Below the pieces are notes generated by a model. That model was not told where the DNA came from, did not search any database, and saw only the letters and a program-made list of their open reading frames with translations. A DNA stretch of 61,076 nucleotides, the filler included. It is 7 parts of 7 records of this genome, joined end to end, with 100 filler letters (N's around TTAATTAATTAA, not from the genome) between each part and the next. Parts side by side here need not be neighbours in the genome. Positions count along the whole stretch, not along the records: positions 8,512 to 14,188 come from SRR31156797_26106; positions 14,289 to 24,476 come from SRR31156797_26108; 5 more parts are not named here. One strand, 5' to 3'. Of this stretch, positions 9,786-19,753 are shown piece after piece. Position 1 is the first letter of the stretch. Every line of letters starts with the position of its first letter. The position numbers and the translations under genes were made by a program.

Positions 9786-11492
9786 TCACTCTGAGATGCC
9801 GTATTTTCGCATCTTCCGCCACAAGGTGGTCCGGTCCATGTTGAGCAGGAGGGCGGTTTTTTTCCTGTGCCAGGCATTGCGGGTAAGGGCATCCAGGATC
9901 AGTTGCCGTTCCAGGGCCTCTTCCGTATCCTCCGGTTCCTCCGGGGAGTCCTCCTGGGAGGCGGAGCGGTCCAGGATATAGGCTGGCAGGTGGCAGGGGG
10001 AGATCACATCCTCCTGGCATAGGATGATGGCGTGTTCGATGATGTTCTCAAGCTCCCGGATATTTCCCGGATAGCGGTAGTTCAGCAGGATTTTCATGGC
10101 GGCTTCGGAAATGTCGGGAAAGGGCTTCTTGGTGATGGCGGCCTGTTTTCTCATGAGGTGGCGGATCAGGAGCGGCAGGTCACCCCTGCGGCGGCACAGG
10201 GGCGGCAACTCGATCCTGAGCACGTTGAGCCGGTAAAAAAGATCTTCCCGGAACAGCTTTTTCTCCACCAGGGTTTCAAGCTTTCGGTTGGTGGCGGAGA
10301 TGATCCTGACATCCACCTTTTTCGTCTTCCTGCTGCCGAGGGGATAAAACTCCCGGTCCTCCAGCACCCGCAGGAGCTTTGCCTGGAGAGAGAGGGGAAG
10401 ATCCCCGATCTCATCCAGGAAAATGGTGCCGGTGTCGGCCTCGCTGAACCGGCCCGGCTTGTCCCTGTCCGCCCCGGTGAATGCCCCCCGGATGTAACCG
10501 AAGATTTCCGATTCAAGCAGGTTGTCCGGAATGGCCGCGCAATTCACCTTGACAAAGGGTTTCCCGCTCCGGTTGCTCTCGGAATGGATAATCTTGGCCA
10601 ACAGATCCTTGCCCGTGCCGGTGGAGCCTTCGATGAGCAGGGTGGATTCGGTCTTGGCCACCACCCTGACCATGTCGAAGATCTTCTGCATGGCGGGATC
10701 CTTGCCGATCATGTGATGGAACCGGTATTTTCCGGTGATGGCCCGGTCGAGCTGGTGGGCCAGGGTCATGTCCTGGAAGGCGGCAAGGGCGCCGATGATC
10801 CGTCCGTGATCGTTCAGGAGGGGAATGTAGTCACCGCTCACCGGGATGGACTCCCCCTGGGCGCTCAGGAGATCCCCCCGTATGGTCGTGGCCGGCACCT
10901 TGTTCTTCAACACCTCCCTGAGCACCCCGCAGGTTTTCTTCACATGCCCGGCAAAGAGGGTGGCGCAGTCCTTTCCAAGGAGCTTCATCCGGCTGAATCC
11001 GGAGATCTTTTCCGCGCCCCGGTTGAAAAAGGTGATGAGTCCGTTTCTGTTCACGGTGAAGATGCCCATGTTGAGGCTGTCAAGGATGATCTTCAGGCTC
11101 TGCTCCTCGTAGTGGATGCGGCTGACAAGTTCGCTGTAGGGGGAATGGTCCTGGAGCACGGTGACACATCCCTGCACCCTGCCCCGGCCGTCGAGAAGGG
11201 GGGCCCCCACCCGGGTCACCCGGTGTTTTTCGTCGATTTCGTCCAGGAACTCGATGTCCATGTCCCGGACATCCCTGGATTCCGGATCATGGAAGGGACA
11301 GGTGGAAAAACAGGGAATCCCGCAGAAGATCTCCTGGCAGTCCCCCCCGGAAATCTCATGTTCCTCGAGGCCGATGAGAATCCTGGCGCTGGTGTTGAAT
11401 CGCCGTATTTTCCGGTCGTCGTCGATGAGAAGGACACCGATGTTGAAATGATCCAGAATCTTGAGCCATTGATCGTAGAGGTTAAGATCCAT
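9786..11492 (-). CDS. PAS-PAS sigma54-dependent Fis-family activator
   Basis: Two PAS domains, GSTGTGKD Walker A, GAFTGA, FLDEIGD, C-terminal HTH. Confidence 0.95.
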   Translation of the reverse strand: MDLNLYDQWLKILDHFNIGVLLIDDDRKIRRFNTSARILIGLEEHEISGGDCQEIFCGIPCFSTCPFHDPESRDVRDMDIEFLDEIDEKHRVTRVGAPLLDGRGRVQGCVTVLQDHSPYSELVSRIHYEEQSLKIILDSLNMGIFTVNRNGLITFFNRGAEKISGFSRMKLLGKDCATLFAGHVKKTCGVLREVLKNKVPATTIRGDLLSAQGESIPVSGDYIPLLNDHGRIIGALAAFQDMTLAHQLDRAITGKYRFHHMIGKDPAMQKIFDMVRVVAKTESTLLIEGSTGTGKDLLAKIIHSESNRSGKPFVKVNCAAIPDNLLESEIFGYIRGAFTGADRDKPGRFSEADTGTIFLDEIGDLPLSLQAKLLRVLEDREFYPLGSRKTKKVDVRIISATNRKLETLVEKKLFREDLFYRLNVLRIELPPLCRRRGDLPLLIRHLMRKQAAITKKPFPDISEAAMKILLNYRYPGNIRELENIIEHAIILCQEDVISPCHLPAYILDRSASQEDSPEEPEDTEEALERQLILDALTRNAWHRKKTALLLNMDRTTLWRKMRKYGISE

Positions 11493-11824
11493 AACCGCTC
11501 CTGAAAGAGGCTTATTTCAAATTATAAATAAAACATCCTCCTGAACCGCCTGAAGAAGTATCGTCAGAAGAATCATACGGATTTATCGTTTGTCTGTCCG
11601 GTTGGCCCGTAACTTTCTATATCTGCAAAAACATATAACACTTTTCCATTTTTTTTGCAGTATTCTCTTATCTGCTCATTGCGCAGGTTAAGATTACCAT
11701 TTGCACCGGTTCCGTCAAGACGACCTGGCCAGATTCAAAATGCGACTCTTTTTATTAATGTCACGCAATTCCCCCAAAAAAGTTGTTACTCACGTGATCA
11801 AACATAGATTCATATAAAAAAGTA

Positions 11825-11853
11825 TTGACAGATTTATAAGTCACAACTAATGT
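11825..11853 (+). promoter_or_regulatory. sigma70 promoter
   Basis: TTGACA-17-TAATGT upstream of the glycosyltransferase operon. Confidence 0.6.
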
Positions 11854-11903
11854 GGTAAACATCGATACCACACCATAACAGCGTTTACAAAAACGAGGCG
11901 GCC

Positions 11904-12632
11904 ATGAATCGACTGCTGATTATCATTCCAGCTTACAACGAAGAGAATAATCTTCAGGGCGTTGTTGACTCTTTGAACCGGGATGTTCCCCACGCCGATT
12001 TTCTGATCGTCAATGACGGCTCATTAGATAATACAGAGGCCGTTGCCAGAAATATAGAGACAGCCCGAGTGATATCTCTTCCGGTAAATCTCGGGATCGG
12101 GGCGGCCGTTCAAACGGGTTTCAAGTATGCTGCAAGAGAAAACTATGATATCGCCATTCAGTTTGACGGGGATGGCCAGCATCTATCTTCCGAAATAAAA
12201 AAACTGCTGGTTCCGATAATAAAAGATGAAGCAGATGTTGTTATTGGCTCCCGATTTAGACAAAAAGATGAGGATACCTATCGATCAACCCGGTTAAGGC
12301 GCATGGGCATCACATTATTTCGGGTGATTAATTCCCTGTTGATCGGCCAGATCATCACCGACAACACCTCAGGCTTTCGCGCCTACAACAAGAAGGCCAT
12401 TAACTTTCTCGCCCATAATTATCCCATGGATTATCCTGAGCCGGAAGCTGTTATTTTACTTGGAAAAAATCATTTCAGACTGAAAGAGATCCCAACCCGC
12501 ATGGCGAAAAGGGAAGGAGGCACATCATCCATCCGCGGATTTGATTCGGTCTACTACATGATAAAAGTGTTTTTATCCATTTTAATGAACGCCCTGCGAT
12601 CCCCTGTCCAGTCCAAGGTGATATCTAAGTGA
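11904..12632 (+). CDS. GT2 glycosyltransferase (DPM1-like)
   Basis: IIPAYNEE, VNDGS, QFDGDGQH, DNTSGFRA. Confidence 0.92.
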   Translation: MNRLLIIIPAYNEENNLQGVVDSLNRDVPHADFLIVNDGSLDNTEAVARNIETARVISLPVNLGIGAAVQTGFKYAARENYDIAIQFDGDGQHLSSEIKKLLVPIIKDEADVVIGSRFRQKDEDTYRSTRLRRMGITLFRVINSLLIGQIITDNTSGFRAYNKKAINFLAHNYPMDYPEPEAVILLGKNHFRLKEIPTRMAKREGGTSSIRGFDSVYYMIKVFLSILMNALRSPVQSKVISK

Positions 12633-13033
12633 TGGAGCCGTCGATCAATACCCTGACCATTCAATTTCTTTCCATTGGAGGGAGCCTTTTTTTTCTCGTC
12701 GTCATCATTGAACTGATACGAAGAAAAAAATTAAGGGAAGAATACTCTTTGCTTTGGTTGTTTTTCGGTTGTGTGTTTCTGCTTATTTCAATCTTCAGGC
12801 AGATCATTGATGCCATTTCCTTTCTTATGGGAATCGCCTATCCGCCGGCCGCTCTTTTTTTAATCCTGATCATTGCCCTGATAGTCATTCTTATTCATTT
12901 TTCACTCGTTATATCGCGTCTTACCGATCATTCCAAAAACATCATACAGGAAATGGGGCTATTGAAACATGAATTAGACAAACTTAATTCCAGGAACAAA
13001 AAACGCCAAAATCAAATTAACGTCGACAAATGA
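12629..13033 (+). CDS. DUF2304 family membrane protein
   Basis: IRRKKLREEYSLLW, MGIAYPP; typical partner of a DPM1-like GT2. Confidence 0.8.
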   Translation: MMEPSINTLTIQFLSIGGSLFFLVVIIELIRRKKLREEYSLLWLFFGCVFLLISIFRQIIDAISFLMGIAYPPAALFLILIIALIVILIHFSLVISRLTDHSKNIIQEMGLLKHELDKLNSRNKKRQNQINVDK

Positions 13034-13848
13034 GGTATTTGCAAATGGCCCCTCCCGATCTTAAAGATCTTCATACTTTTGTAATACTTGCTTACAAAGA
13101 ATCGAATTATCTTGAATCATGTATACACTCCCTTTTGAGCCAATCGATACCGAGCAAAATAATCATTTCCACCTCTACTCCCAACGCACATATCCGTTCC
13201 CTGTCTGAACAATACGACCTCCCGCTTCGCATCAATCCGGAACAAAAGGGGCTTGCAGCGGACTGGACCTTTGCATTAAAAACTGCTGATACCCGCTATG
13301 TCAGCCTTGCTCATCAGGATGATCTCTATTTCTCCAGCTACACGGAAAAATTTCTTAGGGCAGCTCTGCAAAATCAAGATATCCTCATTGCCTTTTCAAA
13401 TTATGTGGAAATGGATGAACGGTTTGTTAAACCAATTAGTCTGCTATTAATGATTAAAAAGCTTCTGCTTATTCCATTTTTTTTCAACAAAGTCGTTTCA
13501 TCAAAGGCCATAAAAAGGCTTATTGTCTCATTTGGGTCTCCCCTCTGCTGTCCAAGCGTCATGTTCAATAAAGAGAGGCTTGGTTCGTTTTCCTTTGACA
13601 GCTCATTTCGTATAAACGCAGATTGGGAAGCTTGGCTCAGGCTCTCCCTCATCCGGGGGGGATTTCTTTATGTTGATCAACGACTGGTGGCCCACAGAAT
13701 ACATTCAGAAGCTGAAACAACACTCGGTTTGAAATCCAACTTCAGACAACTTGAAGACCGACGGCTTTTTGAAAAACTCTATCCCAGCCCCCTGTCAGAT
13801 TTAATGCGAACCATATACTCCTTATCTTATCGGTTCAATACCGGTTAA
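13030..13848 (+). CDS. GT2 glycosyltransferase
   Basis: FVILAYKES, LAHQDDLY, CCPSV, DWEAW. Confidence 0.85.
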   Translation: MRYLQMAPPDLKDLHTFVILAYKESNYLESCIHSLLSQSIPSKIIISTSTPNAHIRSLSEQYDLPLRINPEQKGLAADWTFALKTADTRYVSLAHQDDLYFSSYTEKFLRAALQNQDILIAFSNYVEMDERFVKPISLLLMIKKLLLIPFFFNKVVSSKAIKRLIVSFGSPLCCPSVMFNKERLGSFSFDSSFRINADWEAWLRLSLIRGGFLYVDQRLVAHRIHSEAETTLGLKSNFRQLEDRRLFEKLYPSPLSDLMRTIYSLSYRFNTG

Positions 13849-13868
13849 TAGAGGTTTTAGTCTTATAG

Positions 13869-14188
13869 ATGAAAAATCATACCTATACTGACAATATATC
13901 TGTTTATTCCATGGCACAAATCATTTGTGGATTATTGATGGTAACATACACAATGTTAGCTGTCAGAATGCTCGATTTGTCTGAATATGGCCTATTTCAA
14001 GCCGTAATGGGACTATATGCCATTATTTTTGTTTTTGGATTTCCATTGAATGTTGCAACGCTGCATTGTGTGGGGAATGCCCCGAATCACAAGAAAGGTT
14101 CCGCATTGGAAATGTGTCTGCGTTTATCAGCGATTATAGGTGTCGTTTGTTTTTGTTTTGTTGTTTTCTTTTCAAAAAAAATGGCTCT
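13869..14188 (+). CDS. Polysaccharide flippase (Wzx-like), truncated
   Basis: RMLDLSEYG motif and TM helices, in a glycosyltransferase operon. Confidence 0.65.
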
Positions 14189-14288
14189 NNNNNNNNNNNN
14201 NNNNNNNNNNNNNNNNNNNNNNNNNNNNNNNNTTAATTAATTAANNNNNNNNNNNNNNNNNNNNNNNNNNNNNNNNNNNNNNNNNNNN
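14189..14288. other. Artificial contig linker
   Basis: N44-TTAATTAATTAA-N44. Confidence 0.98.
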
Positions 14289-14485
14289 ATGCGGCGGCAA
14301 CAATGCTCGAATATGCTCTGGCATGTCCTTGCGCTTGTTTTCTTGCATGCGACGCGTCTTTTGCAAACGCAATCGCATCGATTTAATGGGTCCTGACCCT
14401 AACTCGAACGCGTGCTCTTCACCCTTGGAACCGCACGGGGAAAGCCGCACTCAATTTCCATAACCATCCGATCGGAGAAAACACC

Positions 14486-14797
14486 ATGCCTGATGCGTGG
14501 ACGGTTAACGTTGTCTGGTGGATAACGGCGGTCGAAATTCCGGCTCTTGCAGGCCTTTATTGGCTCGCCTGGCGGAACCGCCGCGATGCCGACGGGACAA
14601 TTGAAAAGACCCGCGTCGCCCTTGATGCGCGCCTTGCCCACCTTCGCGACAGCCTTTCCGCCTATAAGCTCGAGGTCGCCAAAAGCTACGCCTCGATCGC
14701 ATATATCAAGGAGGTCGAAAAACGCCTGACCGGGCACCTGGTCCGCATCGAGGACAAGATCGACAACGTCAATAGCCGACGGGGAGGCGGCCAATGA
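14486..14797 (+). CDS. Small membrane-anchored coiled-coil protein (lysis-cassette associated)
   Basis: GGAG RBS, N-terminal TM, YKLEVAKSYAS..RIEDKID; stop overlaps the next start (ATGA). Confidence 0.7.
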   Translation: MPDAWTVNVVWWITAVEIPALAGLYWLAWRNRRDADGTIEKTRVALDARLAHLRDSLSAYKLEVAKSYASIAYIKEVEKRLTGHLVRIEDKIDNVNSRRGGGQ

Positions 14798-15255
14798 ACA
14801 CGCCCGGCAAACACCTGCCTGAAGGCTGGAAACCGGCGGTGCGCGATCCGGCCGTCGATTTGCTGGCCCGCACGCTTTATGGCGAGGCCCGGGGCGAACC
14901 CGTGCGCGGCAAGGAAGCGGTTGCCGCCGTTGTCATGAATCGCGTTTCGCGCGCCGCCAAAAGGGGCGGCGCCTGGTGGGGAAACAGTGTCGCCGAAGTT
15001 GTTCTTTGTCCAAGGCAATTTTCCTGTTGGAACCGGAAGGATCCGAACCGCTTAAAGATCCTGGTGATCGGTCCCGACGATCCGAACTTCCAATCCTGCG
15101 TTCGCATCGCCCGGCGGGCGGTGGCCGGCGCTCTTCAGGACCCCACCGACGGCGCCACCCATTACCACACCAAAAGGGCCCGGCCGGATTGGTCGGTCGG
15201 CCGCATCCCGTCGGCCATCATCGGCAATCACAAATTCTATTACGACGTCGAATAG
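14794..15255 (+). CDS. Cell wall hydrolase (SleB/Hydrolase_2)
   Basis: LARTLYGEARGE, VVMNRV, QFSCWN, GATHYH, IGNHKFY. Confidence 0.9.
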   Translation: MNTPGKHLPEGWKPAVRDPAVDLLARTLYGEARGEPVRGKEAVAAVVMNRVSRAAKRGGAWWGNSVAEVVLCPRQFSCWNRKDPNRLKILVIGPDDPNFQSCVRIARRAVAGALQDPTDGATHYHTKRARPDWSVGRIPSAIIGNHKFYYDVE

Positions 15256-15269
15256 GAAGGGGCAGGAAC

Positions 15270-15650
15270 ATGCTGACCGCGCTTCTCGGCCCCCTGGTGT
15301 CCGGCATCTTCGGGGTCATCGACAAGGCCGTCGAGGACAAGGACCAGGCCGCCCAAATCAAAGCCAAGCTGCAGGAAATGGTCTTGACCGGTCAGATGAA
15401 GGAAATCGAGGCCGCCGCCCAGGTCATCGTTGCCGAGGCCAAGTCGGATTCCTGGATCGCCCGGTCCTGGCGGCCGATCCTGATGCTTCTGTTCGGCGTC
15501 ATCATCGCCAATAACTATCTGGTCGTGCCTTTGTTCGGCACGCCTTCCGCCGACATCCCGCCCGACATGTGGGACCTCTTGAAACTCGGCGTCGGCGGTT
15601 ACGTGCTCGGCCGCTCGGTCGAGAAGGGGGTGAAGGTGTGGAAGGGATGA
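15270..15650 (+). CDS. 3-TM holin (GTA-type holin family)
   Basis: Start at ATG 15270; IVAEAKSDSWIARSWRP, LGVGGYVLGRSVEK. Confidence 0.8.
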   Translation: MLTALLGPLVSGIFGVIDKAVEDKDQAAQIKAKLQEMVLTGQMKEIEAAAQVIVAEAKSDSWIARSWRPILMLLFGVIIANNYLVVPLFGTPSADIPPDMWDLLKLGVGGYVLGRSVEKGVKVWKG

Positions 15651-15821
15651 TGAATTGATAGCTAATGTAATTAGGCTAACGGTATTCCACTTGAGTGTGC
15701 CATACAACTTCCTACCTAGATCATGATCTGTTTAATTTTTTTATTAAAAATGCTGTGGTAGTATACACAAGGGGCATGTCAATTTTTTCCTGTTACTAGG
15801 ACCAGTCGCTGCCAAAAGAAC

Positions 15822-15851
15822 TTGACATTATTACCTAACGTAACATCTAAT
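15822..15851 (+). promoter_or_regulatory. sigma70 promoter for the ncRNA-DUF3800 unit
   Basis: TTGACA-18-TCTAAT, ending 5 nt before the structured RNA. Confidence 0.7.
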
Positions 15852-15856
15852 TGACT

Positions 15857-15909
15857 GCCCGCTAGTCCAGTCGTTGTGGACTGGGAGATCTATAGTGATC
15901 CTGGTGGGC
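15857..15909 (+). ncRNA. DUF3800-associated structured RNA (three-way junction)
   Basis: P1 gcccgctag/ctggtgggc, P2 tccagtc/gactggg, P3 gatc/gatc; GC-rich structure inside AT-rich DNA. Confidence 0.75.
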
Positions 15910-15914
15910 GACCA

Positions 15915-15946
15915 AAGCAGCCCCTTCGGGGGCTGCTTGTGTTTTT
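15915..15946 (+). terminator. Intrinsic terminator between the ncRNA and the DUF3800 gene
   Basis: aagcagcccc-ttcg-ggggctgctt then gtgttttt. Confidence 0.85.
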
Positions 15947-15957
15947 AGGGGGAGAGT

Positions 15958-16782
15958 ATGGCTGATTGGGTGCTATACCTAGATGAATCCGGCGTTTGTG
16001 AGAAGCACGATATTCCCCTTAAACAAGGCCAACAACCCGTATTTTCTCTTGCCGGTCTGGCTCTGCCGATTGATTGTTGGCGTGACTATGATCGTCGATA
16101 CCTAAAATTAAAATATCATTACTTTGAAAACGAAATATCATCATCTTCGAAGCATGGTGCATCGTGGGAGTTCAAAGGAAATAGAGCGATAGCTCCGAGA
16201 AATAAAGATTCTGATAGAATTGTATCTTTTGTTCATAGTTGCTTAGACTTGATTTCCGAGTTTAAAGGAAATCTCTTCTCCTGTTCATTCTTGAAAAATC
16301 CAGTCCGCCCAACAGCGTCATCTTCGATATATACTGTTGGGCTGCAAATAATTGCCGAAAGTTTCGATATTTTTTTAAGAGAAAATGATTCTTATGGCAT
16401 AATAATAATGGACTCTAGGATGGCGCATGTTAAGCCTGGGCAAGGATTAGATTATGCTGTTGCATTAAGTTTGTTGACTTATTTTTTCGGAAATGAAAAA
16501 GGAAGAGAATTAAAGAGAATTACGGAAGCTCCACTATTTGCGGATTCCGGATTGACTGCCGGGCTTCAGATGGCCGACTTAATAGCATGTTTAATGTTTG
16601 CAAATACTTACAAACATCGTCTGGCGCCAAACGGCGCGAATGGCGAGACTGGTTACTTGGACTACAGACATGTATCAAGATATTGGAATGAATTAAATAA
16701 CCTAGAATTTAAAAGTTCCAGAGAGTACGAAGGATTCGTTAAGTATGGATTTAAAGTACAGGATCATAGCATTCATAAATAA
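15958..16782 (+). CDS. DUF3800 family protein (predicted RNase H-like fold)
   Basis: LYLDESG N-terminal motif, EFKG, IIMD, SGLTAGLQMADLIA; much lower GC than its neighbours. Confidence 0.85.
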   Translation: MADWVLYLDESGVCEKHDIPLKQGQQPVFSLAGLALPIDCWRDYDRRYLKLKYHYFENEISSSSKHGASWEFKGNRAIAPRNKDSDRIVSFVHSCLDLISEFKGNLFSCSFLKNPVRPTASSSIYTVGLQIIAESFDIFLRENDSYGIIIMDSRMAHVKPGQGLDYAVALSLLTYFFGNEKGRELKRITEAPLFADSGLTAGLQMADLIACLMFANTYKHRLAPNGANGETGYLDYRHVSRYWNELNNLEFKSSREYEGFVKYGFKVQDHSIHK

Positions 16783-16831
16783 AATAAAAAAACTATACGT
16801 ACTCCCAAAATATTGCTTCAAATTAGATAAG

Positions 16832-18970
16832 CTAACCTCCCCGAATAATCCCCAAAATCTCACGGGCCGCCGTCGGGATGTGGGTGCCAGGGCCGTAGAT
16901 GGCGGCGACGCCGGCGTCGCGTAACGGCTCGTAATCCTGGACCGGAATGATGCCGCCGCAGATGACGGCAATTTCGCCGGCGTCGACCTTCTTCAATTCC
17001 TCGATAAGCGCCGGTACCAGGGTTTTGTGGCCGCCGGCCTGGGTCGACACGCCGATCACATGCACGTCGTTTTCGGCGGCGCTGCGGGCCGCTTCCGCCG
17101 GCGTTTCGAAAAGCGGCCCCATGTCGACATCGAAGCCGATATCGGCAAATGCCGTGGCGATTACATGGGCGCCCCGGTCGTGGCCGTCCTGGCCCAGCTT
17201 GACCACCAGCAGGCGGGGCCGCCTTCCTTCCTCCCTGGCGAATTCCGCCACCTCTCCCCTTATCATACCAAACCCTTCGTCGTCCTCGAACGCGGCGCCG
17301 TAGACGCCGGAGATCGAGCGCACCTGCGCGCGGTAACGCGTAAACACCTTTTCCAGCGAATCCGAAATCTCGCCGACCGTGGCGCGCGCCCGAACCGCAT
17401 CGATGGAAATTTCCAGAAGATTCCCATCACCACTTGCGGCCGCCGCCGTCAGCGCCTCCAGCGTTTTGCGGCATTGCGTTTCGTCGCGTGTTGCGCGGAT
17501 GCGTTTCAGGCGTTCGATCTGCGCTTCGCGAACCTGCGTATTGTCGATTTCAAGGATGTCGATATCGGTCTCGGATTCCGGTCGGTATTTGTTGACGCCG
17601 ACGACGATGTCTTCGCCACGATCGATACGGGCCTGGCGGCGCGCGGCCGATTCCTCGATACGGCTTTTCGGCATGCCGGCCTCGACCGCTTTTGTCATGC
17701 CGCCCATGGTCTCGACCTCGTCGATCAGCTTGCGCGCTTCGGCGGCCAGCGAATGGGTCAGGTGTTCGACGTAGTAACTGCCGCCCAAAGGATCGATCAC
17801 CTTGGGAATGCCGGTTTCTTCGGCCAGGATCAGTTGCGTATTGCGCGCGATCCGTGCCGAAAACGGCGTCGGCAGGGCCATCGCCTCGTCCAGCGCGTTG
17901 GTGTGCAGGCTCTGGGTGCCGCCCATGACGGCGGCCATCGCCTCGATGGTGGTGCGTACGACATTGTTGTAGGCGTCGTGTTCCGAAAGCGACACGCCGG
18001 ACGTCTGGCAATGGGTGCGCAGCATCGACGAGCGCGGGTCCTTCGGCGCAAAATCCTTCATCATCTCGGCCCACAAAAGACGTGCGGCGCGAAGCTTTGC
18101 GACCTCCATGAAAAAATTCATGCCGATGGCGAAAAAGAAGCTCAACCTTGGGGCAAAGGCGTCGATATCGAGGCCGCGGGTCAGCGCGGCGCGCACATAT
18201 TCCAAGCCGTCGGCCAGCGTAAAGGCCAGTTCCTGAACCGCCGTGGCGCCCGCTTCCTGCATGTGATAGCCGGATATGGAGATCGAGTTGAACCGCGGCA
18301 TGCGTTCGGCCGAATAGGCGATGATGTCGGCGACGATGCGCATGCTTTGCGCCGGCGGATAGATATAGGTGTTGCGGACCATGAACTCCTTCAGGATGTC
18401 GTTCTGGATGGTCCCGGTCAGCTTATCGGGTGCCACGCCCTGTTCCTCGGCGGCGACGATGAACCCGGCCAACACCGGCAGGACGGCGCCGTTCATGGTC
18501 ATCGATACGCTCATGCGATCCAGCGGGATGCCGTCGAAAAGGATCTTCATGTCTTCGACGCTGTCGATGGCGACACCTGCCTTGCCGACATCGCCGACAA
18601 CGCGCGGATGATCCGAATCATACCCTCGGTGGGTGGCCAGATCGAAGGCGACCGATAGCCCGCGCTGGCCGGCGGCCAGATTGTCGCGGAAGAACGCGTT
18701 CGATTTCTCGGCCGTCGAGAAGCCCGCGTATTGACGGATGGTCCACGGCCGGTTGGCGTACATGGTTGCCCGCGAGCCGCGAACGAAGGGAGACATGCCG
18801 GGAAGCGTATCGATGGCCTCAAGCGATTCCAGGTCGGCCGCCGTATAAAGCGGCTTGATGACGATCCCTTCCGGCGTTGTCCACGAAAGCTCGCTCGCAT
18901 CGCGGCCTTTCAGCTCGGCGGCGGCCAGTTCTTCCCAAGTGGATGGCTTCCGGCTGTCACTTTCGCTCAT
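16832..18970 (-). CDS. scpA: Methylmalonyl-CoA mutase
   Basis: [30 protein letters not shown]12-binding [10 protein letters not shown]; start at ATG 18970. Confidence 0.97.
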   Translation of the reverse strand: MSESDSRKPSTWEELAAAELKGRDASELSWTTPEGIVIKPLYTAADLESLEAIDTLPGMSPFVRGSRATMYANRPWTIRQYAGFSTAEKSNAFFRDNLAAGQRGLSVAFDLATHRGYDSDHPRVVGDVGKAGVAIDSVEDMKILFDGIPLDRMSVSMTMNGAVLPVLAGFIVAAEEQGVAPDKLTGTIQNDILKEFMVRNTYIYPPAQSMRIVADIIAYSAERMPRFNSISISGYHMQEAGATAVQELAFTLADGLEYVRAALTRGLDIDAFAPRLSFFFAIGMNFFMEVAKLRAARLLWAEMMKDFAPKDPRSSMLRTHCQTSGVSLSEHDAYNNVVRTTIEAMAAVMGGTQSLHTNALDEAMALPTPFSARIARNTQLILAEETGIPKVIDPLGGSYYVEHLTHSLAAEARKLIDEVETMGGMTKAVEAGMPKSRIEESAARRQARIDRGEDIVVGVNKYRPESETDIDILEIDNTQVREAQIERLKRIRATRDETQCRKTLEALTAAAASGDGNLLEISIDAVRARATVGEISDSLEKVFTRYRAQVRSISGVYGAAFEDDEGFGMIRGEVAEFAREEGRRPRLLVVKLGQDGHDRGAHVIATAFADIGFDVDMGPLFETPAEAARSAAENDVHVIGVSTQAGGHKTLVPALIEELKKVDAGEIAVICGGIIPVQDYEPLRDAGVAAIYGPGTHIPTAAREILGIIRGG

Positions 18971-19251
18971 GGGTTTGCTCCATTTTCCGGCCCCGACGGA
19001 GTATAGCCGCCCGAACCGGAGAGGCGAACGATGTTTCCGATACTCGCCGCTAACGGCAATTTCCGTGTTTTTTCCCCGCTTTGACCCCAAAATCTTGGCT
19101 CGCTCCTTGCCAGATTTCTCCAGATATTGTAGATGTTTCGGCTCGTTTGGCTCGCCGTTCGAAGTCGCCTAGGCGTTGGTAGGCCGACGGTCCAAGAAAA
19201 AGACAGCTTCCCGGCCAATGTCGGCAAACCACGGACGAAATCGAAAAGAAA

Positions 19252-19614
19252 ATGACGATCGAGTGGACGAAAACACAAATCGACGAACTTGTCCGACTTT
19301 GGAATGAAGGACATCCAACCAGCGAAATAGGCCGCCTTCTTGGTACGACCAAGAATGCCGTCGTCGGCAAGGCGCATCGGTTAGGCCTGACCAAGCGTCA
19401 GTCGCCGATCCGCAAAAAACCGGAAGAAAAGCAGGTTATCCGGTTGAAGGAACTGCGTGCCGGCATGTGCTCATGGCCTCACGGCGAACCGGGCAAGCCG
19501 GAATTCCATTTTTGCGGAAAACCGGCCGTTGCCGGCAAACCCTATTGCGCCGAGCATTGCGCCATGGCCTATGTCAGCGGCAAGGAGCGCAAAGAAACAA
19601 CCGAGGCTGCTTGA
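19252..19614 (+). CDS. gcrA: GcrA-family cell cycle regulator (short form)
   Basis: WT..LWNEG, TKNAVVGKAHRLGL, CSWPHGEP, FCG, PYCAEH. Confidence 0.85.
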   Translation: MTIEWTKTQIDELVRLWNEGHPTSEIGRLLGTTKNAVVGKAHRLGLTKRQSPIRKKPEEKQVIRLKELRAGMCSWPHGEPGKPEFHFCGKPAVAGKPYCAEHCAMAYVSGKERKETTEAA

Positions 19615-19753
19615 CAGCCCTCCCACATCGTTTGTTGTGACCGGTTCGTCACCGATACGGATGGACTGCAGCCATCTTCAATCGCCATAAATAGAAACAA
19701 GGCCGGCAGGTGTTTTACCGGCCATTCCGGAATTGTCGATTTGCGGACCGCCA

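Noticed and set aside
14976-15269. Upstream extension of the holin ORF as a frameshift or fusion
   Set aside because: It overlaps the hydrolase in another frame; an RBS and ATG at 15270 give a normal holin.
17027-18658. Long antisense ORFs in the GC-rich contigs (also 10032-11504, 32163-33725, 33832-34998 and others)
   Set aside because: Shadow ORFs opposite well-supported genes, caused by high-GC codon bias; no recognisable motifs.
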